Virus record (IMG/VR): IMGVR_UViG_2029527006_000005 | Strand: one strand, 5' to 3' | DNA from: a virus | Taxonomy: Duplodnaviria; Heunggongvirae; Uroviricota; Caudoviricetes | Length of the DNA: 64,000 nt | Shown here: in pieces, positions 1 through 9,376 of the stretch | Layout: every line of letters begins with the position of its first letter | How positions within the stretch are numbered: the first letter of the stretch is position 1 | Translations under genes and position numbers: made by a program | The notes under the pieces: generated by a model | Seen by the model: the letters and a program-made list of their open reading frames with translations, nothing else | Told to the model about the DNA's origin: nothing | Database searches by the model: none

Positions 1-111
1 CCGCATATTTTTTAGTCTTGTACGTTATACGTTGCTTTTAACTCAACTTTCGTCATGCATGAAATTTCTGCTGGGGTTAAATTCATACTAGCAGGAATCC
101 AGTACTGGTTA

Positions 112-1398
112 TTAATCCTCACATTTGAGAAGGAATTTATTATTAATTACTTTAAAGTGTACTGTTACACCATTAACTTTTGTAACACTTTTATATACAT
201 CTCCTTCACAAATTTTATGTTTGATAGATGCGTGGTCAGCAGATGCTAGTGCATCTTTAATGCTTTCGTACTCATCAAAGAAATACACGATATCACCCTG
301 TGGAACTACAGTCAATCCTAGTAGTGCACAAAATTCTTGGAATTCAGCATCGTCAAAGAAACATTTATTATCAATATCCCAAACACGGAACGCAAAGAAT
401 GTATGTTCAGTTAGTTCTTCACGGTTACCCTGAATACCCATTCCCATACATTCGCCTTGAATGGCTAGCTGACGATCATGAGCTACACAGTACTCTTTTA
501 GACGCTGTGGGATATCGTCTTTTAGGGCCGCTTTCCAGAAGTGAGATTCTGCATCAAATTTAAGTGCTAGGTTACGAGAACAAATTGCAATCTGACCATC
601 TTCCCACTGGAAAGGATATGGTTTAACTTCAACGATTTCTAGTTCTTGAGTTTCCTCATTCCATGCACGTACTTCTTCATCCACTTTCTCAACAAAGAAA
701 TCTGGGTTAGAGAAGAATGCAATAGTTTGGCTAGAGCCATCTAGCTTTAGAGACTTACGGAAACCTACACCTTTCATGGTCTGAGAGTACTTACCAAAGA
801 TATTCTGAACACGATCTTCATCAGTCTTAGGGATGGTAATAGGGAAGTTACCTGCACTCTTACATTTCTGTGCACCAGTACCGCCATTACGCTCATCAGG
901 ACGTTCGTACTTAGTAACGTTCAAGAATTCTTCAATACCATAACGTGATTCTTCTAGAATGGAAAGGATGAATTTTTCGTCAAGAACTGCAAATGTTGGT
1001 GCATTGATAGATAAATTTTTTCCAAATTGTTCTGTCATAAAATCAGTTTGTCCAATTTTATACAATTCATTACTAAACATAGATACCGGGAGTGCTAGCC
1101 CTTGACTGACGACACCACGAAGTTTCTTGGTACGAAGACGGAAGCGACGTACACCAGCTTCATCAATCTTATCAGAACTACCAGTAAGAAATGCGAAGGT
1201 TGGGGTTTCTACTGGTACAAAAGAATCAATCTCAAGGAATACACAGTACTGACCAACTTCAAATTCACCTTTCTTGACTACAACATCCCAACCATCAACG
1301 GTTGCTTTTACAATCATATCCGCACCTTCAATCGGCTCAATAGCATTGATTTTACGAATAGTGACCAGTTTTCTTCCTTCTTTGATAAGTTCAGCCAT
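112..1398 (-). CDS. ATP-dependent RNA ligase (Rnl2/DRB0094 family) with N-terminal OB-like domain
   Basis: Motif I KLDGSS, ICSRN, IQGECMG, FRVWDI, EGDVYK, FKVINNKFL; N-terminal 'IEPIEGADMI..ATVDGWDVVVKKGEF' and 'KLRGVVSQGL' typical of the family. Confidence 0.9.
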   Translation of the reverse strand: MAELIKEGRKLVTIRKINAIEPIEGADMIVKATVDGWDVVVKKGEFEVGQYCVFLEIDSFVPVETPTFAFLTGSSDKIDEAGVRRFRLRTKKLRGVVSQGLALPVSMFSNELYKIGQTDFMTEQFGKNLSINAPTFAVLDEKFILSILEESRYGIEEFLNVTKYERPDERNGGTGAQKCKSAGNFPITIPKTDEDRVQNIFGKYSQTMKGVGFRKSLKLDGSSQTIAFFSNPDFFVEKVDEEVRAWNEETQELEIVEVKPYPFQWEDGQIAICSRNLALKFDAESHFWKAALKDDIPQRLKEYCVAHDRQLAIQGECMGMGIQGNREELTEHTFFAFRVWDIDNKCFFDDAEFQEFCALLGLTVVPQGDIVYFFDEYESIKDALASADHASIKHKICEGDVYKSVTKVNGVTVHFKVINNKFLLKCED

Positions 1399-1651
1399 TT
1401 AGTTTTCTCCAAAAGTGTTTAATAGTTTTGAGAAGAGGGTTGTTTACCTTAATCTCGACAATTTCAATATCTGCTGGTGGTTCTTCATACTTGTAGTACT
1501 GAACACGTTGTATCTTATATGTGATGAATTCCTTCTTCTCAAAGCAGGAAGCTATCACGTATGGTTTATCGGTCCAGTACTGGATCTTTCTTAGTACTGG
1601 ATTGATAACCAATTTTAACCTAGTTTTATGTACTCGATGAATATTAGTCAT
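1391..1651 (-). CDS. hypothetical protein
   Basis: ORF overlapping neighbours in minus-strand operon. Confidence 0.55.
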   Translation of the reverse strand: MTNIHRVHKTRLKLVINPVLRKIQYWTDKPYVIASCFEKKEFITYKIQRVQYYKYEEPPADIEIVEIKVNNPLLKTIKHFWRKLNG

Positions 1652-2009
1652 CAGTACCGCGTAGGATGTAATATGCCATGTACTCTGCGTGTGTACCTTG
1701 CATTTGATCCTTACGAATCAGTCTACTACCAGAACAAAACATCTTAACACGACTTCTTTGTACTGGATTAGTACGATATATTTTAAAGCACCATCTACTC
1801 AAAAACGGTTCAGGATTTACTACATCTTCAAACGTTTTGAACTTTTTGGACATTCTCGGTTTTGTCATTTCTTTTTCAATTAACGAATAGAAATTATTTG
1901 GTTTAATCAAATGCAACAATTTCCAAGTATATCTCATGTTCAAGAAACGATTAAGATATTTTACATTTCTACGTTTTAACAAACGTCTACTTAGTGCCAT
2001 ATCAGTCAA
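1644..2009 (-). CDS. hypothetical basic protein
   Basis: ORF coupled to neighbours; start may be the ATG near 2000. Confidence 0.55.
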   Translation of the reverse strand: MTDMALSRRLLKRRNVKYLNRFLNMRYTWKLLHLIKPNNFYSLIEKEMTKPRMSKKFKTFEDVVNPEPFLSRWCFKIYRTNPVQRSRVKMFCSGSRLIRKDQMQGTHAEYMAYYILRGTDD

Positions 2010-2157
2010 GCATCTTAGCGATTTGTCCAGCAGTGAGGTATGCTAATGCAGCACACAACCACCAGTACCAACCATCGGTGTTAGTAATAAACCCATAACC
2101 ACCAATCACTGATAGGAGAATGGCGAATGAGTACTTGAATGCATCTTTAGAGTTCAT
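2002..2157 (-). CDS. small membrane protein (51 aa, below the ORF track cut-off)
   Basis: Read by hand: MNSKDAFKYSFAILLSVIGGYGFITNTDGWYWWLCAALAYLTAGQIAKMLD*; AAGGA upstream; fills the gap between two genes. Confidence 0.65.
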   Translation of the reverse strand: MNSKDAFKYSFAILLSVIGGYGFITNTDGWYWWLCAALAYLTAGQIAKMLD

Positions 2158-2656
2158 TTATTTTTCCTTTATCAGCGAAGTATATTTGCACATTATACTG
2201 GCAATCAGGGTCTCTGTCAAATGAATTTTGCCAAATATTCAATTTATGTATGAGCATTTTGAACTCATCGGAAACCAACTCGTTTACTTCGGATGAAAGA
2301 GTTGGTGAATAGTCAACTAAGGTTAATGCTTTTAATTCAACCTTACTAAAATCATATTGATTTTTGGTTTCCTGTGATGCTAAATGTGGTACTTCAATAA
2401 CATTTATAGAAAACAAATCAGTATTGAAGCTATAAATGTGTGCACATGCAACATAAGTTACCATGTGAAAAGTCTTTTTAGTACATTCAAGTTGTACCAT
2501 ATGACCATCATACCATGACCAATCTTTTACTGGAAATCCTAATTCATCAAATAGCATAGTAGCATGTTCTTGGTTCATGCCCCAGATAGAATTACTACCA
2601 ACTATAAAATTCATTAGCATATCGAACTGATCGAATACTTCATCGTAATCATTCAT
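2147..2656 (-). CDS. hypothetical protein
   Basis: 169-aa ORF, ATGA overlap with upstream gene. Confidence 0.65.
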   Translation of the reverse strand: MNDYDEVFDQFDMLMNFIVGSNSIWGMNQEHATMLFDELGFPVKDWSWYDGHMVQLECTKKTFHMVTYVACAHIYSFNTDLFSINVIEVPHLASQETKNQYDFSKVELKALTLVDYSPTLSSEVNELVSDEFKMLIHKLNIWQNSFDRDPDCQYNVQIYFADKGKINEL

Positions 2657-3240
2657 AGTAGACGCTCTTTTAATAGTTTTGCATGGCGGCGACGTTGATA
2701 AGCATCATGTTCGCGTTTCCACTCAGCATGTTCAGAACGCTCTTTAATGAAATCTACTAATTTCAAGAATGTGTAAGCAGAGAGTCTATAATTAGTTCCG
2801 TCAAAAACCAAATCTGGACGTTGTTTGGACATGTAAAGATTACCAAAAGAGTAATAACGGTTTGAAATCCATACTTCTTCAGTAGTATTAAAATCAAGTG
2901 TATGTGCACCAATTTTATAACTGATTATGCCACGTTCTGCATTTAGAATCAATAAGTTTATGTGCCGATCAGCATCATATGCGATTGGGCGACTGTCATA
3001 CTTACGAAATTCCTGCCATGCGTTACTGTGGATGAATTTCAAACGCGACAAGTACTCTTCTTCGGTTTCATCAGGAGTTTTGTAGTCTACTATTGTCATA
3101 CCACTTTCTGGATCTACATTAACTTCTGGATTACTAACTTTTGGAAATATCTTGTTTTTGGGCCAAAAACGTTGATACCCAATATAGGCTCCTAAAGGTA
3201 ATGAGCCACTAATGATACATGCAATAATAGTCTCTAACAT
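2653..3240 (-). CDS. hypothetical protein with N-terminal membrane anchor
   Basis: Hydrophobic N-terminus, GAGG RBS. Confidence 0.65.
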   Translation of the reverse strand: MLETIIACIISGSLPLGAYIGYQRFWPKNKIFPKVSNPEVNVDPESGMTIVDYKTPDETEEEYLSRLKFIHSNAWQEFRKYDSRPIAYDADRHINLLILNAERGIISYKIGAHTLDFNTTEEVWISNRYYSFGNLYMSKQRPDLVFDGTNYRLSAYTFLKLVDFIKERSEHAEWKREHDAYQRRRHAKLLKERLL

Positions 3241-3248
3241 GGTTTCCT

Positions 3249-3587
3249 CTATTTGGTATGTTTTGTGCTTTCGAAGTACATTGTATCAGTACTGGTCTCT
3301 AGTGTAAAGCTCTTTTGACATAATTTTTCCGCTAGACGGAAACCAAACTGTGTACATAGCTTAGTAATTTCTTCAGGATCGCGTGGGAAACGTGGATAGT
3401 TAATTACACGAATAAGCATCCCTGATTCCTGACCACCAGTGTAGATGTACTCTACTTTAGATACTTGGAAACAAAATCCAAATTCATAAGTAATGCGATT
3501 ACATTCCTGCTGGCAAACATCGAAGTTTCCAGCAATATGTAGATTTGCGTAAAACGTTGGTACTGTATTTTTTAATTCAAAACTCAT
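3249..3587 (-). CDS. conserved phage hypothetical protein
   Basis: YTGGQESG..INYPRFP motif recalled from other phage proteins; function unknown. Confidence 0.65.
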   Translation of the reverse strand: MSFELKNTVPTFYANLHIAGNFDVCQQECNRITYEFGFCFQVSKVEYIYTGGQESGMLIRVINYPRFPRDPEEITKLCTQFGFRLAEKLCQKSFTLETSTDTMYFESTKHTK

Positions 3588-4033
3588 TCTATTGTTACCT
3601 TCTCTTTTTTGAGGCTAAAGCCTTTTCTTGCACTACTAATATCTTTAATTCCTAGGAACTCTTCTTTGAACGATACTAAGTACTTACGAGTATCTAAAGT
3701 TAGGTCACCACGTACTACTTCCGTTTTGTAACTCTCTTTATTATTAAAGAAGGTGTACTTTACGTAGCACTGTCCAAATTTTTCAGAGTTGTAATCATCA
3801 GCGTATACTTTAAAACGGTACTGATCTGTTTCAATCTGAATCATACCTTCAGAGTTAAAGATTGCACGACCATTACCAGCTTGAACCTGTGCCATCATCA
3901 TGAGTAATTCGCGGTCGTATTGACTATTAACGTCTAACACCATTTTGGCTTGTAGTTTCTCGCCAAACCAACCACCATTAATCAAGAATGGTAGTACTAA
4001 TACAGCAGATAAAATGTTTAAAGCAATTAACAT
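3584..4033 (-). CDS. hypothetical membrane-anchored protein
   Basis: N-terminal TM segment, GGAG RBS. Confidence 0.65.
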   Translation of the reverse strand: MLIALNILSAVLVLPFLINGGWFGEKLQAKMVLDVNSQYDRELLMMMAQVQAGNGRAIFNSEGMIQIETDQYRFKVYADDYNSEKFGQCYVKYTFFNNKESYKTEVVRGDLTLDTRKYLVSFKEEFLGIKDISSARKGFSLKKEKVTIE

Positions 4034-4054
4034 AATGTATTCTCCATAGGAAAT

Positions 4055-4080
4055 AAAAAAGCCCCGGTTAAGGAGCTTTT
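4055..4080 (-). terminator. intrinsic terminator
   Basis: Minus strand GCTCC-loop-GGGGC followed by T6. Confidence 0.65.
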
Positions 4081-4089
4081 ATTATTACA

Positions 4090-4311
4090 TTATTCTTCGT
4101 CAGTGTCAAGCACTTCTTTGTACTGTGACCATACGATTCCAGCAAAGAGTGCAATAGCAGCAATCACTAGAATAAAAGTAGGAACAATACTTAGAAGAAT
4201 TGCTACTACCACTGCGATTAGTGCACCGCTTGCAGTACTGAACACGTCCTGTACGCCATCCCAAATGCTGCTGGCTACTTTACGTGCAATACTCATAATT
4301 ACATCTGTCAT
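4090..4311 (-). CDS. small membrane protein
   Basis: Long hydrophobic stretch, acidic C-terminus. Confidence 0.65.
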   Translation of the reverse strand: MTDVIMSIARKVASSIWDGVQDVFSTASGALIAVVVAILLSIVPTFILVIAAIALFAGIVWSQYKEVLDTDEE

Positions 4312-4877
4312 TTTTGACCTCTATGTTGTTTGTGACATTTTCTACACATGCTTTTGTAGGATTCATTACCACCCATGAATACTAAGTCTGTGTTATCCAC
4401 CAGCCTAGCTGTCATGATAGCTTTGTTTCCACAATCACATATACTATTAAGATCTTCTAGGTCATCGGCAATCTCTAAGAGATGTGCTGACCCTTCGAAT
4501 AGCTTGCCAGAAAAATCAGTCCTAAGACCATAGCAATACACATCGACACCTAGATTATCCACTATTTCTGCCAATTTGTCAACCTGTTCTTTATTCAAGA
4601 ACTGACATTCATCCACAAAAACTGCTTTGTATTCATCATGGTCTTCAATCTCCATATAGAATACTTCAAGTTCTTGTAACGAATTTGGTTTTATTACAAA
4701 TGCATCTGAATCAATGCCAATTCGGGAAGTAATCTTCCCTTCACTATACCTCGTGTCCAACGATGATGTAAGATACATCACCTCAAAACCACGTTCTTTA
4801 TAGCTAAAGGCTTTCCTCAATAGATCAGTACTTTTCCCTGAGTTCATAGCTGCGAACTTATAGTATAAACTAGCCAT
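4308..4877 (-). CDS. tdk: thymidine kinase
   Basis: AMNSGKST P-loop, VFVDECQF, YGLRTDF, Zn-binding CDCG...CRKC. Confidence 0.95.
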   Translation of the reverse strand: MASLYYKFAAMNSGKSTDLLRKAFSYKERGFEVMYLTSSLDTRYSEGKITSRIGIDSDAFVIKPNSLQELEVFYMEIEDHDEYKAVFVDECQFLNKEQVDKLAEIVDNLGVDVYCYGLRTDFSGKLFEGSAHLLEIADDLEDLNSICDCGNKAIMTARLVDNTDLVFMGGNESYKSMCRKCHKQHRGQK

Positions 4878-5055
4878 CGTTGGAAATCCTAATACTATCT
4901 CCGTAGCTGTTTATTTTTTCACCATCATATTCAATTTCAACGTTTACGTTCCAGTACTCGTTGTTAGAATAAGGTTCAGCAGTAATACTCACTTGTACTG
5001 TCATATTTTCTAATATCAATTCTTTGATATACGCTTCAATTTCTTCTTTAGTCAT
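4870..5055 (-). CDS. small acidic hypothetical protein
   Basis: Translationally coupled ORF. Confidence 0.55.
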   Translation of the reverse strand: MTKEEIEAYIKELILENMTVQVSITAEPYSNNEYWNVNVEIEYDGEKINSYGDSIRISNDG

Positions 5056-5258
5056 TAACTTACCTTACTGACACGATCATGATCGCGACAATAAGTGGTT
5101 TCGACAATTTTTCCATCAACTATAGGATTCATCCAAACTTTCTTAGGTGTAACTTTGAAGATTTTTCCCATTAGAAGTGTACTACCATTGTCATGACCAA
5201 ATGCCACGATATCATCAATATTAACTTCTTTTCCGCTTACGTCTTTCGCTTCCATCAT
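5055..5258 (-). CDS. small KOW/SH3-like hypothetical protein
   Basis: D..GKEVNIDDIVAF..GKIFKVTPKKV pattern. Confidence 0.55.
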   Translation of the reverse strand: MMEAKDVSGKEVNIDDIVAFGHDNGSTLLMGKIFKVTPKKVWMNPIVDGKIVETTYCRDHDRVSKVS

Positions 5259-5589
5259 TATACCTTATTATAGTTCTTTTAAATGTACGATTCCTTTCAT
5301 TGTACATTTCTATTTTTCCATCTTTAAGCAACTTCTGTAAATCGGGGTCTGCTTTCGTTTGAATGCATCCCTTCCCATTTACACGAAGTAAATAACCTGT
5401 TTGTAATAAACTGATTATAGCTTGTCTCCGTATAGAACCAAAAGGTAAATCTCTTATCTTCTGCATTGCTATAAGAGAGGTACTCGGTAGGTATATAAGA
5501 TTTCCATCTTTATCTGTTTTTGTTGTATATGCTTCTGGATTTAACCCTTTAAGAGTGTGACCCCGCTTACTCCAATAACCCCTAGCCAT
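5221..5589 (-). CDS. basic hypothetical protein
   Basis: 122-aa ORF in operon. Confidence 0.55.
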   Translation of the reverse strand: MARGYWSKRGHTLKGLNPEAYTTKTDKDGNLIYLPSTSLIAMQKIRDLPFGSIRRQAIISLLQTGYLLRVNGKGCIQTKADPDLQKLLKDGKIEMYNERNRTFKRTIIRYNDGSERRKRKRS

Positions 5590-5597
5590 TTCTTTAT

Positions 5598-6098
5598 TTA
5601 CCTCATATCAGGATATTTTGCTAAAAGTTCTTTAAGTAAAGCCCTTTCTTCTGTAGATTTTTTCGCTAGACGTATTCTTTCTTTTTCATCTTTCTTAGCT
5701 TGTGCTAAGTACTTTTCTTCGATATCTATATAGTTATTTGTAAACGTATATAGATCACCGACATATTGCACTGCCTTGTATTGAATAGAATTACAATCCA
5801 ATTCAATCTCTTCCACACTTGGCATACTACAATTATTAAATGAACCTTCAAAGTTCCAATCGTTACTGATTAGTACTCCATTTTTCAATACCGCAAAACC
5901 ATAAGTACCGTAATAGTACTTTCTATTGTTTTGGATACGATCACCACGTTGCATATGCTCCTGTTGGGAAGTTTTTAACATCACGTATCTTTCAACCTCA
6001 GATAGTGATTCAAAGTTTTCCATGCAAAACTCACCTTCGGAAGCATGATAGTTTTCGTTGTCATCACCTCTTTCACGATGAAATAGCACAGTATACAT
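5598..6098 (-). CDS. hypothetical protein
   Basis: 166-aa ORF in operon. Confidence 0.6.
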   Translation of the reverse strand: MYTVLFHRERGDDNENYHASEGEFCMENFESLSEVERYVMLKTSQQEHMQRGDRIQNNRKYYYGTYGFAVLKNGVLISNDWNFEGSFNNCSMPSVEEIELDCNSIQYKAVQYVGDLYTFTNNYIDIEEKYLAQAKKDEKERIRLAKKSTEERALLKELLAKYPDMR

Positions 6099-6415
6099 TA
6101 TAGCACCTTATTACATAGAACTAGTAATGCCGTAGCATGGGATATTTGTGGTGCAGAATTCAATTCATTCATCTGTTCTTCTACACTACTGTTATAGTCC
6201 AATTCCTGATTTTGTACAAAATAGAACTGGAATGTAATATTCATAGTATCATCACGATTATCACGAATGTAGGTATTCAACTGATCAATACTCTCAACAA
6301 TAGTAGTATCATCTACCATGTAATGATTTTGACCACTAAAGCCATTTAGGATTGAAACGATTAGTACTTTAGTCATCGTAGTGACCTCCAAAATAAACTT
6401 TACCTTCAAATCCAA
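6098..6415 (-). CDS. hypothetical protein (true start probably near 6376)
   Basis: GGAGG upstream of internal MTKVLIV. Confidence 0.55.
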   Translation of the reverse strand: MDLKVKFILEVTTMTKVLIVSILNGFSGQNHYMVDDTTIVESIDQLNTYIRDNRDDTMNITFQFYFVQNQELDYNSSVEEQMNELNSAPQISHATALLVLCNKVL

Positions 6416-6713
6416 AACGTTCTTTGAATTCTTCTTGTACTTCCATTGTTTTCTTCATAACATCTGTGAAATTCAATTCTTCAGCACTTCCATAAACATC
6501 TAGTACTTCGAATCCAATAACAACATCTTCATCAGATTCATCATAGTGATGTGGAACAATAAAAGACATATTTTCATCATCCATTTCTAACACTTTAAAA
6601 ATGTCTTCAGATGGATAATCTTCATCTTCCCACTCGGAAACTAAAGCAGTAATATCCTTATCTCTCCACTCTTTTACAGTAAAACCTACTACAATCTTTG
6701 CTTCTACACCCAT
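6369..6713 (-). CDS. acidic hypothetical protein
   Basis: Coupled ORF. Confidence 0.6.
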   Translation of the reverse strand: MGVEAKIVVGFTVKEWRDKDITALVSEWEDEDYPSEDIFKVLEMDDENMSFIVPHHYDESDEDVVIGFEVLDVYGSAEELNFTDVMKKTMEVQEEFKERFGFEGKVYFGGHYDD

Positions 6714-7252
6714 CAGATGATCCCCGCTTTAATAAATTCTAGTGCTTCTTCCCATTTGAATTTCTGCCAAACAGGTTTCCATGTATCATCTGGTACTTCA
6801 GTAATAATTTCAACATGGAGTACATCATCCGTCGTGTAATGAGTTGTATGCAGTTCACCAATCTTCCCATCAATATATCCACCATCGGAATATCCGGGAA
6901 CAGTCAAGATCCAAGTGCCAGAATGCCAATCTACGTAGTTACAGATGTACTCATTTTCCATAAAGTCGCGTAGGTTTGAAACATTACAACCTTGTTCACC
7001 ACAACGGAACCAAGTACCGTCAAATAGCTGAATACGTACTGCACCAACCTGTGGTTTATCTGATGGTGCTAGGGGGTCATTATTTTCAATGTATTCAGTA
7101 CTGATAAAGAACCCACTAGGAGTAGTTTGAATGCCTACTACACGTTCGGAGAAATGGAAGCTGTCTCCGAAATCTTGGGTATAATATCCTTCATGAAACA
7201 CATCTGCTTCAGGGTTTTCCAAGAGTAATGCTGCTAAGTCTTTTGCTTTCAT
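6713..7252 (-). CDS. hypothetical protein
   Basis: Coupled ORF. Confidence 0.6.
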   Translation of the reverse strand: MKAKDLAALLLENPEADVFHEGYYTQDFGDSFHFSERVVGIQTTPSGFFISTEYIENNDPLAPSDKPQVGAVRIQLFDGTWFRCGEQGCNVSNLRDFMENEYICNYVDWHSGTWILTVPGYSDGGYIDGKIGELHTTHYTTDDVLHVEIITEVPDDTWKPVWQKFKWEEALEFIKAGII

Positions 7253-7593
7253 TATTTCCCTCTGAATTCTTTTAGTTCAAGTGTACTCATTGGTGAGTCA
7301 CATCCGTCATACCAAACTGAGTGGTAGATATCTACTGTTTCTTCTTTAACAATCATACCATGTTTGTCGCACAAGTCAATAAATTCTTGGAAATTGCCAA
7401 ATTCCCTTGTGCCATAAATGAACCCAGCTTCCCATGATTCACCTTCAAAGTTTTTATGATAAATCAAAGTTCCTTCATTGTTAATGAAAAGGTTTACTGC
7501 TTCTAGCTCGTCATAAACATCATCACGTTTATCTTGCGGTACTTCAAATTGAAGTTCTGCCATTAGGCCGTATGTTACTCGTTCAGTACTCAT
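7252..7593 (-). CDS. acidic hypothetical protein
   Basis: TAATG-coupled ORF. Confidence 0.6.
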   Translation of the reverse strand: MSTERVTYGLMAELQFEVPQDKRDDVYDELEAVNLFINNEGTLIYHKNFEGESWEAGFIYGTREFGNFQEFIDLCDKHGMIVKEETVDIYHSVWYDGCDSPMSTLELKEFRGK

Positions 7594-7820
7594 TATAGAC
7601 TCCCCTTATGTTCGTTTACAAAGTCATATACTTCATCAATACTCTTAAACCAGCCACCGTCGATTTCATCTTCAGTTTCATAGTCTAGTACATCAATTCC
7701 TATATTATCAACTGCATTATCATAGACAACAAACAAGTACTTCTGTTCGTGTTCTACTTCCTCAATTAGTTCATACAAATCATCAATAGTCATAATTTTA
7801 CCCAAAAGAAAAGGACGCAA
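7593..7820 (-). CDS. small acidic hypothetical protein
   Basis: Coupled ORF; true start likely MTIDDLY. Confidence 0.5.
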   Translation of the reverse strand: MRPFLLGKIMTIDDLYELIEEVEHEQKYLFVVYDNAVDNIGIDVLDYETEDEIDGGWFKSIDEVYDFVNEHKGSL

Positions 7821-7830
7821 AATAGCGTCC
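7804..7830 (-). terminator. intrinsic terminator
   Basis: GGACGC-loop-GCGTCC followed by T-run on minus strand. Confidence 0.65.
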
Positions 7831-7835
7831 CTGTT

Positions 7836-8276
7836 TTATTGTAAATGTTTAAGTTTGTAGAGCGTCCGTTCTACAAATGAGATAATATCCTCTAGACTAT
7901 TAACTGAACCGAAATCTTCTCTGGCTTCTAATAGCTGGTGGATATACTTAGCTTGTTCTACATAAGATTCCAATGTAGGAATTGCTTGCTCAAGTGGAAG
8001 GAAACAATAATCTGTATCCATGCCAATTGGTAATGGTCCTCTTGAGTTCATTAGTCCTTCAACAAATGAATCAACGATTTCCGGTAATTCTTTATAGAAC
8101 TCATCAAGTTCCATGTGTTTTGAATACATACTGCATTGTAAATGCCAGTGATGACCTAAAGCTGGCAAAAATAAACTATTATCAACAAAAGTTAATAATG
8201 CAATATCTGAGTCATCAGTTTGTTCAGTACTATCCACGTAGTCCATCATACTACGCATATCTTCATATTCGTCCAT
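7836..8276 (-). CDS. Dps/ferritin-like four-helix protein
   Basis: HHWHL...SKHMELDEFYKEL..IVDSFVE resembles the Dps ferroxidase helix motif; late promoter upstream. Confidence 0.6.
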   Translation of the reverse strand: MDEYEDMRSMMDYVDSTEQTDDSDIALLTFVDNSLFLPALGHHWHLQCSMYSKHMELDEFYKELPEIVDSFVEGLMNSRGPLPIGMDTDYCFLPLEQAIPTLESYVEQAKYIHQLLEAREDFGSVNSLEDIISFVERTLYKLKHLQ

Positions 8277-8284
8277 ATTAATAT

Positions 8285-8310
8285 CCTCATAGAGTTATAT
8301 GAGGTATTTA
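8285..8310 (-). promoter_or_regulatory. late promoter TAAATA plus RBS-sequestering hairpin
   Basis: Minus: TAAATA CCTCATA taactc TATGAGG; the 3' arm contains the SD. Confidence 0.55.
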
Positions 8311-8709
8311 GTTCTGGAAAGAAAAGTTAACTCCCGATCTAAAATGCTTATTAATATGAGTCATTGTCTCAGATAGACGTTCAAGATCATACGTATTTCT
8401 ATTTCGAATATTCACAATCATTGCATGATCTACATCGGTAACATCCATAAGTTCACACCACTTCTTCATAAAGAAGAGTGTTTTTGGTCTTTTTAGTACT
8501 TCAACTTGTCTTGGGAATCCAATTAAGTAGACATTCTCTCCACACTCTGCGTGATGTACACAGAAATCTAATATTTCATGACAATCAATTGGTTCATCTG
8601 GATTCATGAAGGTTAGATCGTTTGGATATACAGAGGATAATTGAATGTATATAGAGGTTAAATTTTGGAAGAATTCACTTTCTTTACTGAAGTCAATTAT
8701 TTTTGTCAT
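8308..8709 (-). CDS. hypothetical protein
   Basis: Start reassigned to ATG 8709 (MTKIIDF) after AAAGAGAA. Confidence 0.6.
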   Translation of the reverse strand: MTKIIDFSKESEFFQNLTSIYIQLSSVYPNDLTFMNPDEPIDCHEILDFCVHHAECGENVYLIGFPRQVEVLKRPKTLFFMKKWCELMDVTDVDHAMIVNIRNRNTYDLERLSETMTHINKHFRSGVNFSFQN

Positions 8710-8886
8710 ATTATAATTCTCTTTATATTCGCTGACCAACTCATTGCATTCGTTAGTCAAGAATTCATTACTTCGTTAGCTATCGCTATCGCTCATCTAA
8801 CTTGTACTGAATTGGAATATTTCAATTGTACTTTAATTATTGACACGGTTTGTTAGCCAATTCCATCCCCCCACAAAGGAGGGACG

Positions 8887-8910
8887 AAAAAAAATCAGGA
8901 TAATCCTGAC
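8887..8910 (-). terminator. intrinsic terminator ending the non-coding unit
   Basis: Minus GTCAGGA-TTA-TCCTGAT followed by a T-run. Confidence 0.75.
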
Positions 8911-9371
8911 ACTGGTAGTCATACCAATCTGAATTTGTAGATTTTACTCAAATTCCAGACGGATCAATCCATTTGGAATAAAAGTAATCGCTGGCGGGTT
9001 GTCCGGTTTCCAGCTACTACAGTCGCATACAACGGTCGTGTTCCTCACACGCATACAGTACTTGCTAATTCAGCAACAAATACTGCTGTCTCTCCGTAAA
9101 GAGACTCCCTTTCAACTAGGTGAGTATGCCTCATATGTCTATCTAGGGCGTTTATGTTTTCTTACACGCCTTTATTGTGCCGCATTGCCGTGTCGCGTGT
9201 GATTTACTGTCCATTGGATTGACTACACTTACGCTTTATTACTGACGGGTTTCTTTTGCACATCGTACTGAACGAACTACTCATCTGCCATCTACTTTTC
9301 GATAGGATCAGGTTTCAATCTTCATGCTTTCACATGTCATTCAGGATTGGTATGACGAGGGTATCCCTCAT
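8887..9371 (-). ncRNA. large structured non-coding RNA of unknown class (~470 nt)
   Basis: No credible ORF; promoter at 9377-9405 and terminator at 8887-8910; closing helix 9339-9356 with 8918-8934 (17 bp, one bulge); many internal stems. Confidence 0.7.
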
Positions 9372-9376
9372 CATAT

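Noticed and set aside
8913-9356. tmRNA, RNase P, group I or group II intron identity for the large ncRNA
   Set aside because: No GGGG 5' end or T-arm, no GAGGAAAGUCC, no P/Q/R/S elements, no GUGCG start or domain V, and it does not interrupt a gene; the ACCA end alone is insufficient
8887-9371. Retron msr-msd (inverted repeats flanking a structured RNA)
   Set aside because: No reverse transcriptase in the window and the unit terminates without a downstream RT; cannot be excluded in trans
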